A stretch of DNA of 59,183 nt, filler included, from Jimgerdemannia flammicorona (Eukaryota), in NCBI GenBank assembly GCA_003990765.1. It is 3 parts of 3 records of this genome, joined end to end, with 100 filler letters (N's around TTAATTAATTAA, not from the genome) between each part and the next. Parts side by side here need not be neighbours in the genome. Positions count along the whole stretch, not along the records: positions 1 to 19,661 come from RBNJ01001882.1; positions 19,762 to 39,422 come from RBNJ01001883.1; 1 more part is not named here. One strand, given 5' to 3'. Below the pieces are notes generated by a model, which was not told the DNA's origin, ran no database searches, and saw nothing but the letters and a program-made list of their open reading frames with translations. Positions within the stretch are counted from its first letter, which is position 1. Each line of letters opens with the position of its first letter. A program made the translations under genes and the position numbers. Positions 11,680 through 24,021 of the stretch are shown here, in pieces.

Positions 11680-14600
11680 ACTGCTTACACTTCAAGCTTT
11701 TATCAACTGAGTACCTATCAAGATTATGATAAACAGTGGTATCTCAGGCAACTTCATCAATAAAGAAACAGCCAACAGACTCAAGGTCCTGACATTTCTG
11801 GTATAATAAACTCAAGCAGTTGCTACAGCTGATAGAATCTCTCATATCATTAGCAAGGAAGTCTGCAATCTGCCCTTCTAAATTGGCAACTACTAAGTAT
11901 ATGTTATCCTCCAGATTATACCATTTCCTGATAATGAAATCATCCTTAGAACCCCATGGTTGAAATAAGAGAACCCTATGATCAATTGGGTAAATCATTC
12001 TCTGACCATTAAGAAAGGATGCCACAACTTCAAACTGCAAGGTGAAAAGAACCCACTCAGTTTCAGTGACTCTGGATTAAAGATCACCCATATCAACAAG
12101 CTATAGCTCAAGAAATTGGCCAAGAAATGTCCTCTCCATCCACCCATCTAAAGAAGAACCCAAGAACTCTGAAGAAGACTTTTTCAAAGTTGACAGTCAT
12201 GTTAGACCCCTACTCTAGAAATTCTGAGACATATTTCTGAAGAAACTCCCAAAAGACCTATCTTCTAAATGAGTAATAGACCATACTATCAAGACTATTC
12301 CAGATGCCAAGCCAGCCTTTAAGTCAATCTACTATATATCTCTGAGAGAAATCAATACACTCAAGAAAGAAATTGATAAACTCCTAGAATAAGGATTCAT
12401 CAGACCCAGTGTATCACCCTATAGTATACCAGTCCTCTTTGTTGTAAAGAAAGGAGAAGACCTATGAATGTATATTGATTACTGTAACCTTAATGAACAG
12501 ACCATCAAAAACTATTGCCTACTACCTAGAATTGATGAAATATTTGATAGGCTTACTAACCCACAATTTATAAGCTCTTTTGATCTATGAAATGATTACT
12601 GGCAAATTACCATAAAGGAAGAAGATATCTACAAGACAGTCTTCTGAACCTGCTATAGACATTTTGAGTTTCTGGTTATGCCCTTTGGCTTAACTAATGC
12701 TCCTGCAATCTTCCAGACACTGATGAATACTATTCTGTATCTATATCTAGACAAATTTGTTGTTGTCTATATTGATGACATCCTAGTCTTCAGCAAAACC
12801 CTGAAGGAATATCTTGAACATCTTGAACTAGTACTATTGAAACTCTGAGAAAACCAACTCTTTGCAAAACTTAGTAAATGTAAATTTCTTCTAAAAGAAA
12901 TTCAATTTCTTGGACACATTATCATATCAAATAGAATCAAAGTGGACCTCAGCAAAATCTCCACAATCAAGGATTGGCCCAGATCTAAGAAGCTAAAAGA
13001 TCTCTAGTTATTTCTAGGATTAGCAAATTATTACAGATGATTTATTACCAACTTTGCCAAGATTACTACTACTCTTATCTAAATGACCAAACATAGTAAG
13101 AAAGAAGAATAGCCTTGGACCATGAAATAAGAAAAAGACTTTAACAATATTAAAATTGAGGACTCAAATAAGATGCAGTCTTTCAAGCACTGAAAGATAT
13201 CTTAATAACCACTCTAGTACTTCAAGCAGCAAACTCTGCCCTACTATATAAAGTTACTACTAATATCTCTGACCTAGCCCTTAGAGCAGTACTCATGTAA
13301 GAAGGACACTCTGTGGCCTATTACTCTCAAAAGTTCAATGATACTGAAATCAACTATGTAACTCATGAAAAGGAAATGTTAGCCATTATGGATACTCTGA
13401 TCAAATAGTGACCATACCTAGAAGAAGTATACTTCACTATATTGATTGACCATAAGTCATTAGTCAACATCAAGACCCAGGCTACTCTTTCCCAAAAGTA
13501 AGTCAGATAGATGAAAGTTCTTACCAACTTTGACTATAAAATCCAATATTACTCTAGCAAAGAAAATATTATTGCTAATGTAATCTCCAGACCACCAATT
13601 AAAGAAGTTATCCAAACCCTCACCTTAGTTACAAACTCTATCATAGAACAAATTATCACAGTATGTGCTGATGATAAGGAAGCTCAAGTATTTTGAGAAA
13701 TTCTAAGCAGTGACAATACTAATAAGTATACTCAGTACCATCAATATCAATTGAAGGATAATATGATCTACTACAAGAACAGATTGTATATTCCAAATAA
13801 CTGAGACCTCTATAGGACTATCTTATTTAAATATCATGATGTCTCTATAGCTAGATATTTAGGATTTGACAAATGCTATAAAGTTATCTCTCAAAACTTC
13901 TATTGACCCTATATGGTAGATCAGCTAAAGACCTACATTACTTCCTGTAATGCCTGTCAATAGAACAAGTCCTCAACACTAGCAAAACCTGGCCTACTCC
14001 ACTCCATCCTAGTATTATTCACTAATTGGGAATAAATCTCTATGTACTTCATTATATAACTACCCCAGACCAAGAATGGAAAAGATGCAATTATTGTCTT
14101 TGTGGACTATCTCAGTAAACAAACCTACTTTCTGCCAACTACTACTACTACAACAGCACCAGACATAGCCACTCTCTTATTTGACAACATCTTCTGCTAT
14201 TATGGTCTTCTTAAGATCATTATTAGTAACTGAGACCTGAAATTCACCAGCTATTTTTGGAGAGTCCTCCATATACACCTTGGAATAAAACTTATACTAT
14301 CTATAGCCTTTCATCCTGAAACTGATGGCCAAACTGAAAGAATGAACCAAACTCTAGAACAAATACTAAGGAACTATATTTCCTATAGATAGGATAATTG
14401 GTATGAATACCTCACTGCAGTCGAGTTTGCCTACAATAACAGTAAGCAAGCCTCTTTTGGAATGACTCTATTCTTTGCCAATATAGGACAAAACCCAAAC
14501 ACCCCTCTGACACTCATCTAAACTACTGATGAACTCTCTACAGTTGAAGCTATGGAAGAATTCCTACTCCAAATGCACAACCTAAGCCAGATTGCAATTG

Positions 14601-15108
14601 AGAATTTATTGCAAACTCAAGAACAACAGTCACAGTATATTAACCAGTACTGCCAAGAGGAAACTTTTGACATTGGAGAAAAAGTTCTACTGGACATCCA
14701 AGGATACTGAGTTGATAACCTCAAGCACAGACTATCTACAAAGCTAAATAGTAAATTTATTGAACCATTCAAAGTCATTGCACAAGTCTCTCCTACTTCC
14801 TATAAATTGGTACTACCAGATACTATTAGGATTCACCCAGTCTTCAATGTCTAATATCTCAAATGATATAATGAAAATGATGATGAGCTATTCTCAAACC
14901 AAACTACAGAACTACCTGCATCTGTTATTATTAATGATCAAGAAGAATATGAATTTGAACAAATCTTCAACAAATGTGACCACAAGAACCAACCAGAGTA
15001 TCTTGTCAAATAGAAAGGTTATCTGATCCATGATATAACCTGAGAACTCAAGACCAATCTCCAGAATGCCACCAACTTAGTTCAGGAATATGATTTCTTG
15101 AATAACTA
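11680..15108 (+). pseudogene. pol: Family A pol: aspartic protease, RT, RNase H, integrase, chromodomain
   Basis: IMI(N<D)SG (PR); [25 protein letters not shown] (RT); [12 protein letters not shown] (IN); EEYEFEQI...YLVK*KGY...T*E (chromodomain, ~14940-15090). Confidence 0.92.
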
Positions 15109-15522
15109 AAACTGAACACTCCTGCACCTATCAGTACACACTATATATTACCTCTTCTAAAATATTATAATTATTATGAATAAAATCAAGAACTCAGCAA
15201 GTCAAGATAAAAAAATACTGACCCTTTGGAAAAATAGCAAAACTGAAAGCAAGCTTATTCTCTCTATACCACTGGTGAGAAATGAGATATAGATATTTAA
15301 GAAGATTCCTTAGAGGAAATTCTCCAGCAGTGAATGATATCAGAATCACTTCTAGTATACAGTATTGAACATATGATCCTTTAACATATGAATCTAATGC
15401 ATTAGACAACTGTACTATGAGCATGCTACTTTCTGTAAAAAATAGACCTTATTAGACTTTTGACCATCCAAACAGTATAATAATACTAGAACAAAATTAG
15501 AAGACCCTGATGAGGATGTTAA

Positions 15523-15541
15523 AAGTTAAGAAGGGGAGAGT
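15523..15541 (+). promoter_or_regulatory. Polypurine tract of family A
   Basis: AAGTTAAGAAGGGGAGAGT immediately before the 3' LTR. Confidence 0.85.
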
Positions 15542-17573
15542 TATAAGTGTATAACCTCCAAGCCACCAAAATTATATATAACCTCTGAACAAATCTGGAA
15601 ATTATCTGCAAGATCACAAAGCTGAGTTAAACTAAAGTTACAGCACATAAAGCTGAGTCAACTCAAAGTCATAGAATATAAGATTTATATAAATAGAATC
15701 TTATCAATTAAGACCAAATATATATATACCAAGTGCTGAGATGCATCAAAATAGAGAACTAAAACAAACCAAACAAACAACTCTAACTTCTAAATATATA
15801 CAAACATGACCACTGAGATCTATAACCACATCCACACTGATATTTGAAATACTATTGTCAACTGAGCTACACTCCCTCTACCCCTCATGAATATCCATAG
15901 CTTAGTACCCCTCTACTTCATGGAAGTCTGATAGAATGCTCTGAATATGCTTAGCAAAGCCCACTGAATTAGACAAATCTCAAGCTACTACCAGATCAGC
16001 TACCTCTTAGAAGACATAGTTGAATACTACCACAATACAGATATTATCCAGATATCTCAACACCAGAAACTTATTATCTGCAAATATCAAGAACTCTTCT
16101 ATGAGTATAGCACTATTATTCCCCACCTCCAAGTTACTACTATCAAAATGGTTACTATCCTATCCTATGGCCAAATAGATGACATGATATAAGAACTCAA
16201 CCATAAGTATCTTGAGTATATTCAGACTATAGACAGAATCTTTCTACACCTCAATGACTATATTCTGCAGATATCCCAAGTTAGATATACCATGAAGAAT
16301 ATCTATGATATAATCTGATTTAATAAAGATAAAGCAGAAGACAATGATCCCTCTGATGCTGACATAACCTCTAGCCAAGGATTCCTGCTAACTCTGATCA
16401 CACTGTCAATCTTGCCGATAAACTTACAACAGTTCATAACTACCTACAAGACTTATTGGAACAATGACCACTAGTATGAGTACCAATCTACATTCACTCC
16501 TAATTACTTCAACTATAATGAAGAGATGAGAGAACACAACCTGTACCTCTAGACAACTCTCAAGATCAAACCAACAACTCCACCACCCAAGTATGAGTAA
16601 TATGAACCACAGCTACCAGCTTACTATAATCCAGTAACTCATAGTACCATAACTTATAGAAGATATGCAAATAGTGAATCTGATGAAAGTGAAGACAATA
16701 TACCTCTCCTTTACCTACCAACATCTTACTCAGCATATGAGATAGATAATACTATTCTATAGAATGGTGATGAAGTCTCAATGTATTATTACAAAGAGAA
16801 TTAATCTGTGAACAACTCTTCCTAGATAACTACTTCATCAGAGATGATGTCATCAATAGTAATGTCATCAAAGACTATCCAGACAGTATCTAAATCTATA
16901 AATAACTTAGCAGTCATAGTATAGTTAGTTTAGCCTTATATGATATGACTGTGAACTAACTCAGCAGTCAGATGATCCCTTGACATATCAGATCATACTT
17001 GTACTATATAACTGCATTCTAACTCAGTAAGGCACTAAGTACTATATCTATATTTAACATAGTCTAGATAGCCCCTCACTAGTATAAATACCCCCTCTAT
17101 CAGATCTCAGAATCTCAGACTTAAAGACTTGAACATATAAGAACATTTCTGAATACTTCTTCATAACATCCCTTCACATAAGTACCTTAGTATAGTAATA
17201 TGAATAGCAAATAAATCTATTTAATAACTTACAAACTACTCTTAAGTAAATCTACTTCTCATTAGGTCCCACTTCTAACCCTATCATGAAAATTCCTAAT
17301 TAGGTATTGTCTGCAGTGATATGCCAATTTAACTAAGCTGGTCTTAGTTTTTTGAACTTCTTGAAATATGGAAAATCCTGAACATCTAGAACTAGTCCAA
17401 ATAAGGACTTTGATTGAGACATCAATCTGATCTTGAAGTCAATAAGTATAAAGAATGTACTCCATACAAAATTGATCTTGACCTTAAGAAAATGGTCTTC
17501 TAGAATATCCAGAACTTTCAAAAAACTCTTCCAGAACTATGTAATGGTTATCCTAACAAGTAACCCTCTTACA
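15542..17573 (+). repeat. Family A 3' LTR (2032 bp), containing degenerate accessory ORF 15806-16893
   Basis: Direct repeat of 6946-9026; followed by TSD TAAAT. Confidence 0.95.
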
Positions 17574-17839
17574 TAAATAGAATAATTAATATATAGATCT
17601 ATCTTAGCTTTTCTCAACTATAATATCTTTATTCTTACTAATTTCAAATTCTATATTGAAAATCTTTATGGTAAATCTATAAATAATATATATGAATTAA
17701 ATATTTTTAAAAGTATTTAGAATTCTAAAATATAAAAATAATTAGAAAATATAAATCTACTCAAAACTAAATTAAGAGATCTATTAAAGAAGTCAGAGTT
17801 CTTTACCTATAGTTTAACAGAAAATAGAATTATACTTAT

Positions 17840-18067
17840 CATCTCTTTCTCTAGTAATATTCAGATTACACAAACTTTAAGCAACTCTCAAGACATCATT
17901 TTTGGAGAAAAGGTACTAACAATATAGTAACTATTGAGTATTCTGAAGTGTATGCTAGGTAGGGTGGCTCTAGTATATTTGACTGACAGCATATAGAGTA
18001 GAGCTATGGCTTGGGGGGAAGCATGAGGAGCTTGCTGGTAGGAGGATATAGAAGGAGAGGGGGTAGC
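17840..18067 (+). mobile_element. Degenerate LINE 5' UTR and ORF1 start, interrupted by a family A LTR
   Basis: ctttctctagtaatattcagattacacaa matches LINE 5' ends at ~32837, ~53401 and 24020(-); downstream G-rich sequence matches ORF1 start at ~33000. Confidence 0.75.
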
Positions 18068-19661
18068 TGTAAGAGGGTTACTTTTTAGGGTAATCGTTAC
18101 ATAGTTCTGGAAGGGTTTTCTGGATAGTCTGGATGTTCTGGAAGACCGTTTTCTTATGGTCAAGATCAATTTCGTATGGAGTACGTCCTCTATACTTATT
18201 GATTTCAAGATCAGGTTGACGTCTCAACCAAAGTCCTTTTTCGGACTAGTTCTGGATGTTCAGGATTTTCTGTATTTCAGGAAGTTCAAAAAACTAAGAC
18301 CAGCTTAGTTGAATCGGCGTATCACTGCAGACAATACCCAATTAGGAAGTTTCGTGATGGGATTAGGAGTAGGACCTAACAGAGAGCGGATTTACTTAAG
18401 AGTGGTTTGTGGGTTATGGAATAGGTTTATTTGCTATTCATGATATTGCTATACTAGGAGTATTTGTGTGAAGGGATATTGTGGGGGAAGTATTCAGGAA
18501 TGTTCTTGTGTGTTCAAGTCTGAGATTCTGAGGTCTGGGGGAGGGGGTATTTATACTAGTGAGGGGCTATCTGGACTATGCTGAATATGGATGTAGCACT
18601 AAGTGCCTTGCTGAGTCAGAATGCAGTCACGTAGTACAAGTGTGATCTGGCATGTCAAGAGATCGTCTGACTGCTGAGTCAGTTTACAGTCACGTCGTAC
18701 AAGACTAATCTATCTATACTATGGCTGCTAGACTATTTATAGGTTTAGGCACTATCTGGGTAGTCTTCAATGACATCACCATCGATTGCATCATCTCTGA
18801 TGAAGTAGTCGTCTAGGAAGAGTGGTTCGCGGATTACTTCTCCTTGTTGGCTGAGGTAGTAATACATTGGGACTTCATCTCCGTCTCACAGGATAGCATC
18901 ATCTGTTTCATATGCTGGATAAGGTGTTGGTGGGCGAAGGATGGGTGTACTGTCTTCGCTTTCATTGGATTCGCTATCTGCGTACCTTCTATAGGTTACA
19001 GCACTATGAGTCGCAGGATTGTAGTAAGCTGGTGGCTGTGATTCAAGTCGCTCATACTCAGGTGGTGGAGTGGTTGGTTCAATCTCGAGAGTTGTCTGAA
19101 GGTACAGGTTGTGTTCTCTGGTCTCTTCATTGTAGTTGAAGTAATCGGGGGTAAACGCGGATTGGTATTCGTGCCAGTGGTCATTGTCCCAATAAGTCTC
19201 GTATGTGGTTATGAACTGTTGTAAGTTCATCGGCAAGATTGGTGGAGTGATCAGGGTTGGCAGAGATCCTTGGCTAGAGGTCATGTCGGCGTCAGAGGGA
19301 TCATTGTCTTCATCTTCATCGAAGTGGATTATATCGTAGACATCCTTCATGGCGTATCCGACTTGAGGCATTTGCAGAATGTGGTCATCAGAGTACGGGA
19401 AGGTTCTGTCTGTAGTTTCGACATACTCGAGGTACTTGTGGTTGATTTCTTGTATCATGTCATCGATTTGGCCATAGGACAGGGTAGCAACCATTTCACT
19501 AGTAGTAACTCGGAGGCGGGGAATAAAGGTGTTGTACTCATAGAAGAGTTCTCGATGTTTGCGGGCAATGAGCTTCTGGTGTTGAGACATCTGGGTAATG
19601 TCTGTATCATGGTGGTGTTCGACCATGTCTTCCAGGAGGCGGCCAATCTGGTAGTAGCTTG
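18068..19661 (-). repeat. Young family A LTR on minus strand, cut by contig end
   Basis: Reverse complement of LTR 3' end begins at 18068 (TGTAAG on +); CpGs retained. Confidence 0.93.
18745..19661 (-). pseudogene. LTR-embedded accessory ORF, near-intact, 5' truncated by gap
   Basis: ORF-track 18886-19626 (246 aa) continues past a single TGG>TGA stop to ...DYPDSA* at 18745. Confidence 0.85.
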
Positions 19662-19761
19662 NNNNNNNNNNNNNNNNNNNNNNNNNNNNNNNNNNNNNNN
19701 NNNNNTTAATTAATTAANNNNNNNNNNNNNNNNNNNNNNNNNNNNNNNNNNNNNNNNNNNN
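19662..19761. other. Artificial contig linker (N44-TTAATTAATTAA-N44)
   Basis: 100-nt N run with a six-frame stop spacer. Confidence 0.97.
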
Positions 19762-21990
19762 CAAGCACCATAGTTTCACATTTGTACCAGTTGAGTCACG
19801 CACCCGAGCCCCTCTCATACCACTCCACAGTCCTACGCAGTTCCTCCACATCAGCAAACGAACCTAGACCAACCACCATGTCATCCGCGAAGGCTCCAAC
19901 CTTCCAGTTAATCTCCAAAATGTCCAAACCCCCTATACGGCGCCGGATCCTGTCCAGAAGGGGCTCCAAGGATAGGGCATATAGAATAGGTGACAAAGGA
20001 TCCCCTTGTGGCACTCCGCAACCTAGCGGGAACTCCAGTCCCCTGTGCCCATTCACCACCAAAGCTGCTTGACTGTTCTCCAATAGGCTGATTAATGACC
20101 TCCGAAACTCCATCGGGATGCCTATATGCCTCAATATACCTTCTAGCCAGACCCTCCTTACTCTGTCATATGCCTTCTCCTGGTCCAAAAACACCAACCG
20201 GCCATCAACCCCAGCCGCCTGAGCTCCTTCAATCACCCCATAGATCTATGCAGTTCCATCTCGGATCAACCGACCCCCAACAAATCCTCTCTGCTCTACT
20301 CCCAGAACATGCTGAGCGATATCCTGTAGTCTATTCACCAAGATCTTCGTCACCAACTTGCGGTCCATGTCCAGGAGTATGATCGGTCGCCAATTCTTCC
20401 AATCCTCCCTCCTCCCCTTATCCTTAAAGAGCAGGGAGACCAGTCCTAGGCGCTGACCCCCAATCCAGACACCAGATTGAATAACTTCATCACACATTGC
20501 AGTCATCTCCTCCAATACCCCTTCCACCTTGACCATCCTCTTCCAAAAGTCCCAGGGAAGTCCATCCTCTCCCGGAGCAGTCCCTCTACTTGTCACGGCC
20601 AGAACTTTACACACCTCCTCTCCTCGTACTGGTTCTCCTAGTGTCCCCAGTCCTAGGGCCGGGTCCGGATGCCAGTCCTCCAACTGCCTTTCAATGTTCA
20701 GTGCATCCTCCCCTCCATCCTCCTCGCTCCACAAACACCCCCAGCGATTACGTAACAATCCCAGTATTTCTGGCATACCCCCCACCATTTCCCCATCCTC
20801 ATCCAAGACACTATCCCACTGCTGCCTGGTCCTCCATGCTTGGAGCAGCCTGGAGAGAAACTTAGTAGGATGCTCCCCATCCTCCAGTCCCTGCCACCTC
20901 AGTCTCGCTATCATTCCCTCTATCCGATTCTCTTCCTCCCTCCATAGCACCTCCTTCAGCTCCTCTACTTCCTTCCTTATCTGCTGAATTCACCACTCCA
21001 CTACTCCTTCACCTTCTATCCACCCTGCCCATTTCTCCAAAAGCGTCCCCAATCTATGTGAAGCCCATTGTACCCGCCTCCACCTTTGTGCACTCTTCCC
21101 TTTCCCTGCTTCCCCCCAGAACTGCTGAGCACTTGACTTCAGTCTCCTCCATCGATCTCTAATGATCAATCCCTGCTCCCGCCATCTAATAATCTTCTCG
21201 GTAGCCTCCACCTCCCAATCAGTCCATAGAGAACCATCCTCCAATAGAGACGAGTTGAGCCGCCAATGCTCTGGCCCATCCCCACTTCCCCCAAATCTCC
21301 CACACCCTATCAGCCCCCAGTGATTGGACCACAGGCACCAAACCACCTCCAGCATTGCCCAGACATCCACTCCCCAGCACTCTGCCGTTAACACCCAGTC
21401 GATCCTGGATCCAAGTCCTGCCACCCAATGAGTATAGATTCGGCGAACTGACGCCCTGAGTCCACCAATGAACTCAACCTCTCCACCTCCATCCAATCCT
21501 CCAGCCCTCTACTTCTACCTCGCAGTCCTCTCCCCCCATCAGTCCTATCCACCACATTATCATGCACCATATTGAAGTCACCCTCCAGACAGTCAATCCC
21601 AGCTTCCCCCAAGACCCCTGCCTCGCACAAGTCCTTGATCCAGCCTATGCACTCCCCTCTCTCAGCTGGGCAATAGTATGACCCAACAGTCAAAGCATTC
21701 CAACCAGGCCTCCTCCACACTCCCCATACCAGCCTACTCCCCCAATGTCCATCTTCCCCAATGTCCCCCATCCCTTTTCTAACCAGGATGCCCACCTGCC
21801 CTGTCCATATAGCCGCCCCACCCCATTCCCGAGTCCAGTCCAGTAGGTCCACATCTGGCTCATACCACACATCCTGCAATAGGAAGAGATCTGCCTCCAG
21901 ACCCTTCAACTAGCTAAAAATGTTTCTACACCATTTTGCCCCCCTTAGCCCATTGACGTTCAAAGAAAAGATTCTAGTTGTACTGTTCAT
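19762..21990 (-). pseudogene. LINE ORF2 (APE-RT), disrupted
   Basis: Starts MNSTTRIFSLNVNGL at 21990; ORF-track pieces 21388-21909, 20990-21496, 20246-20950, 19796-20236. Confidence 0.92.
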
Positions 21991-22020
21991 ATTGAATAAT
22001 GTTGGTAGGGATATCACAAT

Positions 22021-23940
22021 CTAGAACTCCATGCTCCTCCTGTCCCCCTCCAGATCCAGGCATCGCTCAGCCTCCAACTCGGCCCCCATTACCTCCTGCA
22101 CATCCAGTGCCTCCAAGATCTCCTGGCACTCTGTGCCATCAACTACTTCGAATTCAGTCCAATACTCCCTGCACACTACTCCCCACTTCTCCAACCCTTT
22201 CTTCGAGTTCCACAGATAAGCTGCTCGATCATTCGCAATCACTCGAAGTTCCTCCTCTCGCTGATCATCGACTTGATACTCCACTGACTCCAGGAGCACC
22301 ACCAGAATTTCATTCCGGACCTTCATTGGCACCTCCTCACCACGCAGAATTTCCTCCCAGTGCCTATCACTCATAACCCGGAAGTCCTCGCCTCCCAGCT
22401 CCTCAGCTGCCACCCCTTCCAGAGTCTTCCACAGCTACTTCTCCTCCTCCACCACTGCCTCGGCACCCTGGGCACTCCCTTCCCCCTCAACCACCGGGTC
22501 CACCAATGCAATCCTCCTTCCCGACTCATCCCACTCCTCCTCCAGGACATCAAGAAGCTCCTCCTCACCTCCGACTCCTCCCGGGACCCCGTACTGTGGC
22601 TGTACTTCTATGCTTATCTCAGCGTCCTCCACTACGCCGCCCTGCCCTCCTTCCCCCCGGACCTCTTGGGCCACCCTTTGATCCACTCTGGGCTCCCCAG
22701 CCCAGTCACTTTCCCTCGATCCTACTCCACTTCCTCCCTCTCCACCTTCCACCATGCCACCTCCCAATTTCTCCAGCAGCTCCTTCTGAATACGCCTCCC
22801 CTGCATCTTCTCCCAAGTTCCTCGATCCATCCTGATCTTCTTCCCTTCTACAATTTCCACCACCGTCTTGGCCTCATACTCCTTCCAAGCCAATCGTCTC
22901 CTCTCGACAGCACCCGTCAGATCCTCAAGAGCCTCCAGCAAATCCTCCTCTTCCTCCAGCGTCCCTTTCACCCGAGAGACCCTACACTCAACTGGTCCCC
23001 ACTTCAGCGTCGCCGGCCAGTCCCTCACCTTCCCCGTGTTCTCCCGACCAAACAAGCGTACTCTTACATCAACGTCTCCAGTCCTAAGTTCCATACCCTC
23101 CCAGACTTTGAACCCGATATCGATCACATCCCCATACTCCTTGACCACCTCTACAATCAGCTCCCTAGCCCTCTCCCATGACACCATAGGAAGATCCAGC
23201 ACCGTCAACTACACCACTCTCGGGTCCCAGCACATGCACCTCGCCATAGGAACTACCACTCCATCCACCACTACCCCTTTCTCCATAGCCTCCAGCATCG
23301 ACACCTCTTCTTCAAACTCAACCTCAATCCCTTCCTTCCCCTTCATGAACTTGACCGTAGCTGCCCCCTTCACCTCCTGCGCCACCATCCCCAGAATCAT
23401 CCTCGCAGTCACTGCCAAGCCTCGGAAACACAATGTGACTGCGAATTCTGACCTCAACTTTTTGAGTAATGGTGCCGACACCATGCCTGTCACTCCATCA
23501 GCCAGGTCCCCGGGCCTTGTGCCCGCCTTCTGTCCTGATCCGCCAACCACCATCACATCTGGATTTTTTTCCAGATTCCCCGTCACAGCCCCATCAGCAG
23601 TCACATCTCCGACCCCTACTCCCCCTCCCCCCATACCGACTGAGGCTCCCATGGGGGATCCTCCCTGCCCTCCTCCTGAACCCGGCAACACCTTCCCCAG
23701 TCCCAACCAACCATCCAGCCCCATGGCCATCTTCCCCATTCTGACCTTGTCGGCAAAGGTTGCCCTCCCCCCACCTCTCTGCCTCAGTCCACCTCTCCCT
23801 CCACCTCCAGCGCCACCGCCCACTACAGACGGCCCTGGCATCCCCAAACCATCTCCTCGTTTCCTCCCAACCTGCTGCCAGTCGAAGGCATGGCTGCCCC
23901 CCTGGCCGACCTGCCCACCAGTTTGCTCATTGCTTGCCAT
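22021..23940 (-). pseudogene. LINE ORF1 (~639 aa; Gly/Arg-rich N-terminus, predicted alpha/beta core, acidic C-terminus)
   Basis: Pieces 23209-23940, 22435-23208 and 22021-22413 share one frame, split by two TAG codons; homologous to 32916-34939 and 53480-55501. Confidence 0.88.
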
Positions 23941-24021
23941 GTTGACAGTAGCTTTTCACCAAAAACTTCACAGAAAGTGTTGTCCAAATCTTGTGTCACC
24001 TGAATGTTACCGGTGAAAGGT

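Larger units (their letters stand above)
6946..17573 (+). mobile_element. Complete but heavily mutated chromodomain Ty3/gypsy element (family A): LTR-gag-dUTPase-PR-RT-RH-IN-chromodomain-LTR
   Basis: Direct repeats 6946-9026 and 15542-17573 with T(G>A)TAAG...CTTACA termini; 5-bp TSD TAAAT at 6941-6945 and 17574-17578; PBS-like site, PPT and all pol domains in gypsy order. Confidence 0.95.
19762..24021 (-). mobile_element. LINE copy 2 (5' UTR, ORF1, ORF2 through RT; 3' end cut by contig end), inserted in a gypsy family B protease region
   Basis: Same APE/RT motifs as copy 1; 5' end CCTTTCACCGGTAACATTCAGGTGACACAA; flank from ~24022 matches family B at ~48360. Confidence 0.95.

Noticed and set aside
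15110..15520. Extra ORF between chromodomain and PPT of family A
   Set aside because: Too degenerate and single-copy here; no motif recoverable
19270..19713. 147-aa ORF antisense to the LTR ORF (also 38374-38772)
   Set aside because: Mirror frame of the accessory ORF; the first runs into the N linker
19706..19717. TTAATTAATTAA palindrome as a biological site
   Set aside because: Embedded in Ns and repeated identically at the second gap; a synthetic spacer
22868..24016. 382-aa antisense ORF over LINE ORF1 (also 811-1533, 22360-23181, 32894-33700, 53839-54348)
   Set aside because: Pro/Ser/Thr-rich shadows of a G-rich, C-poor sense strand that rarely yields antisense stops; no independent motif evidence
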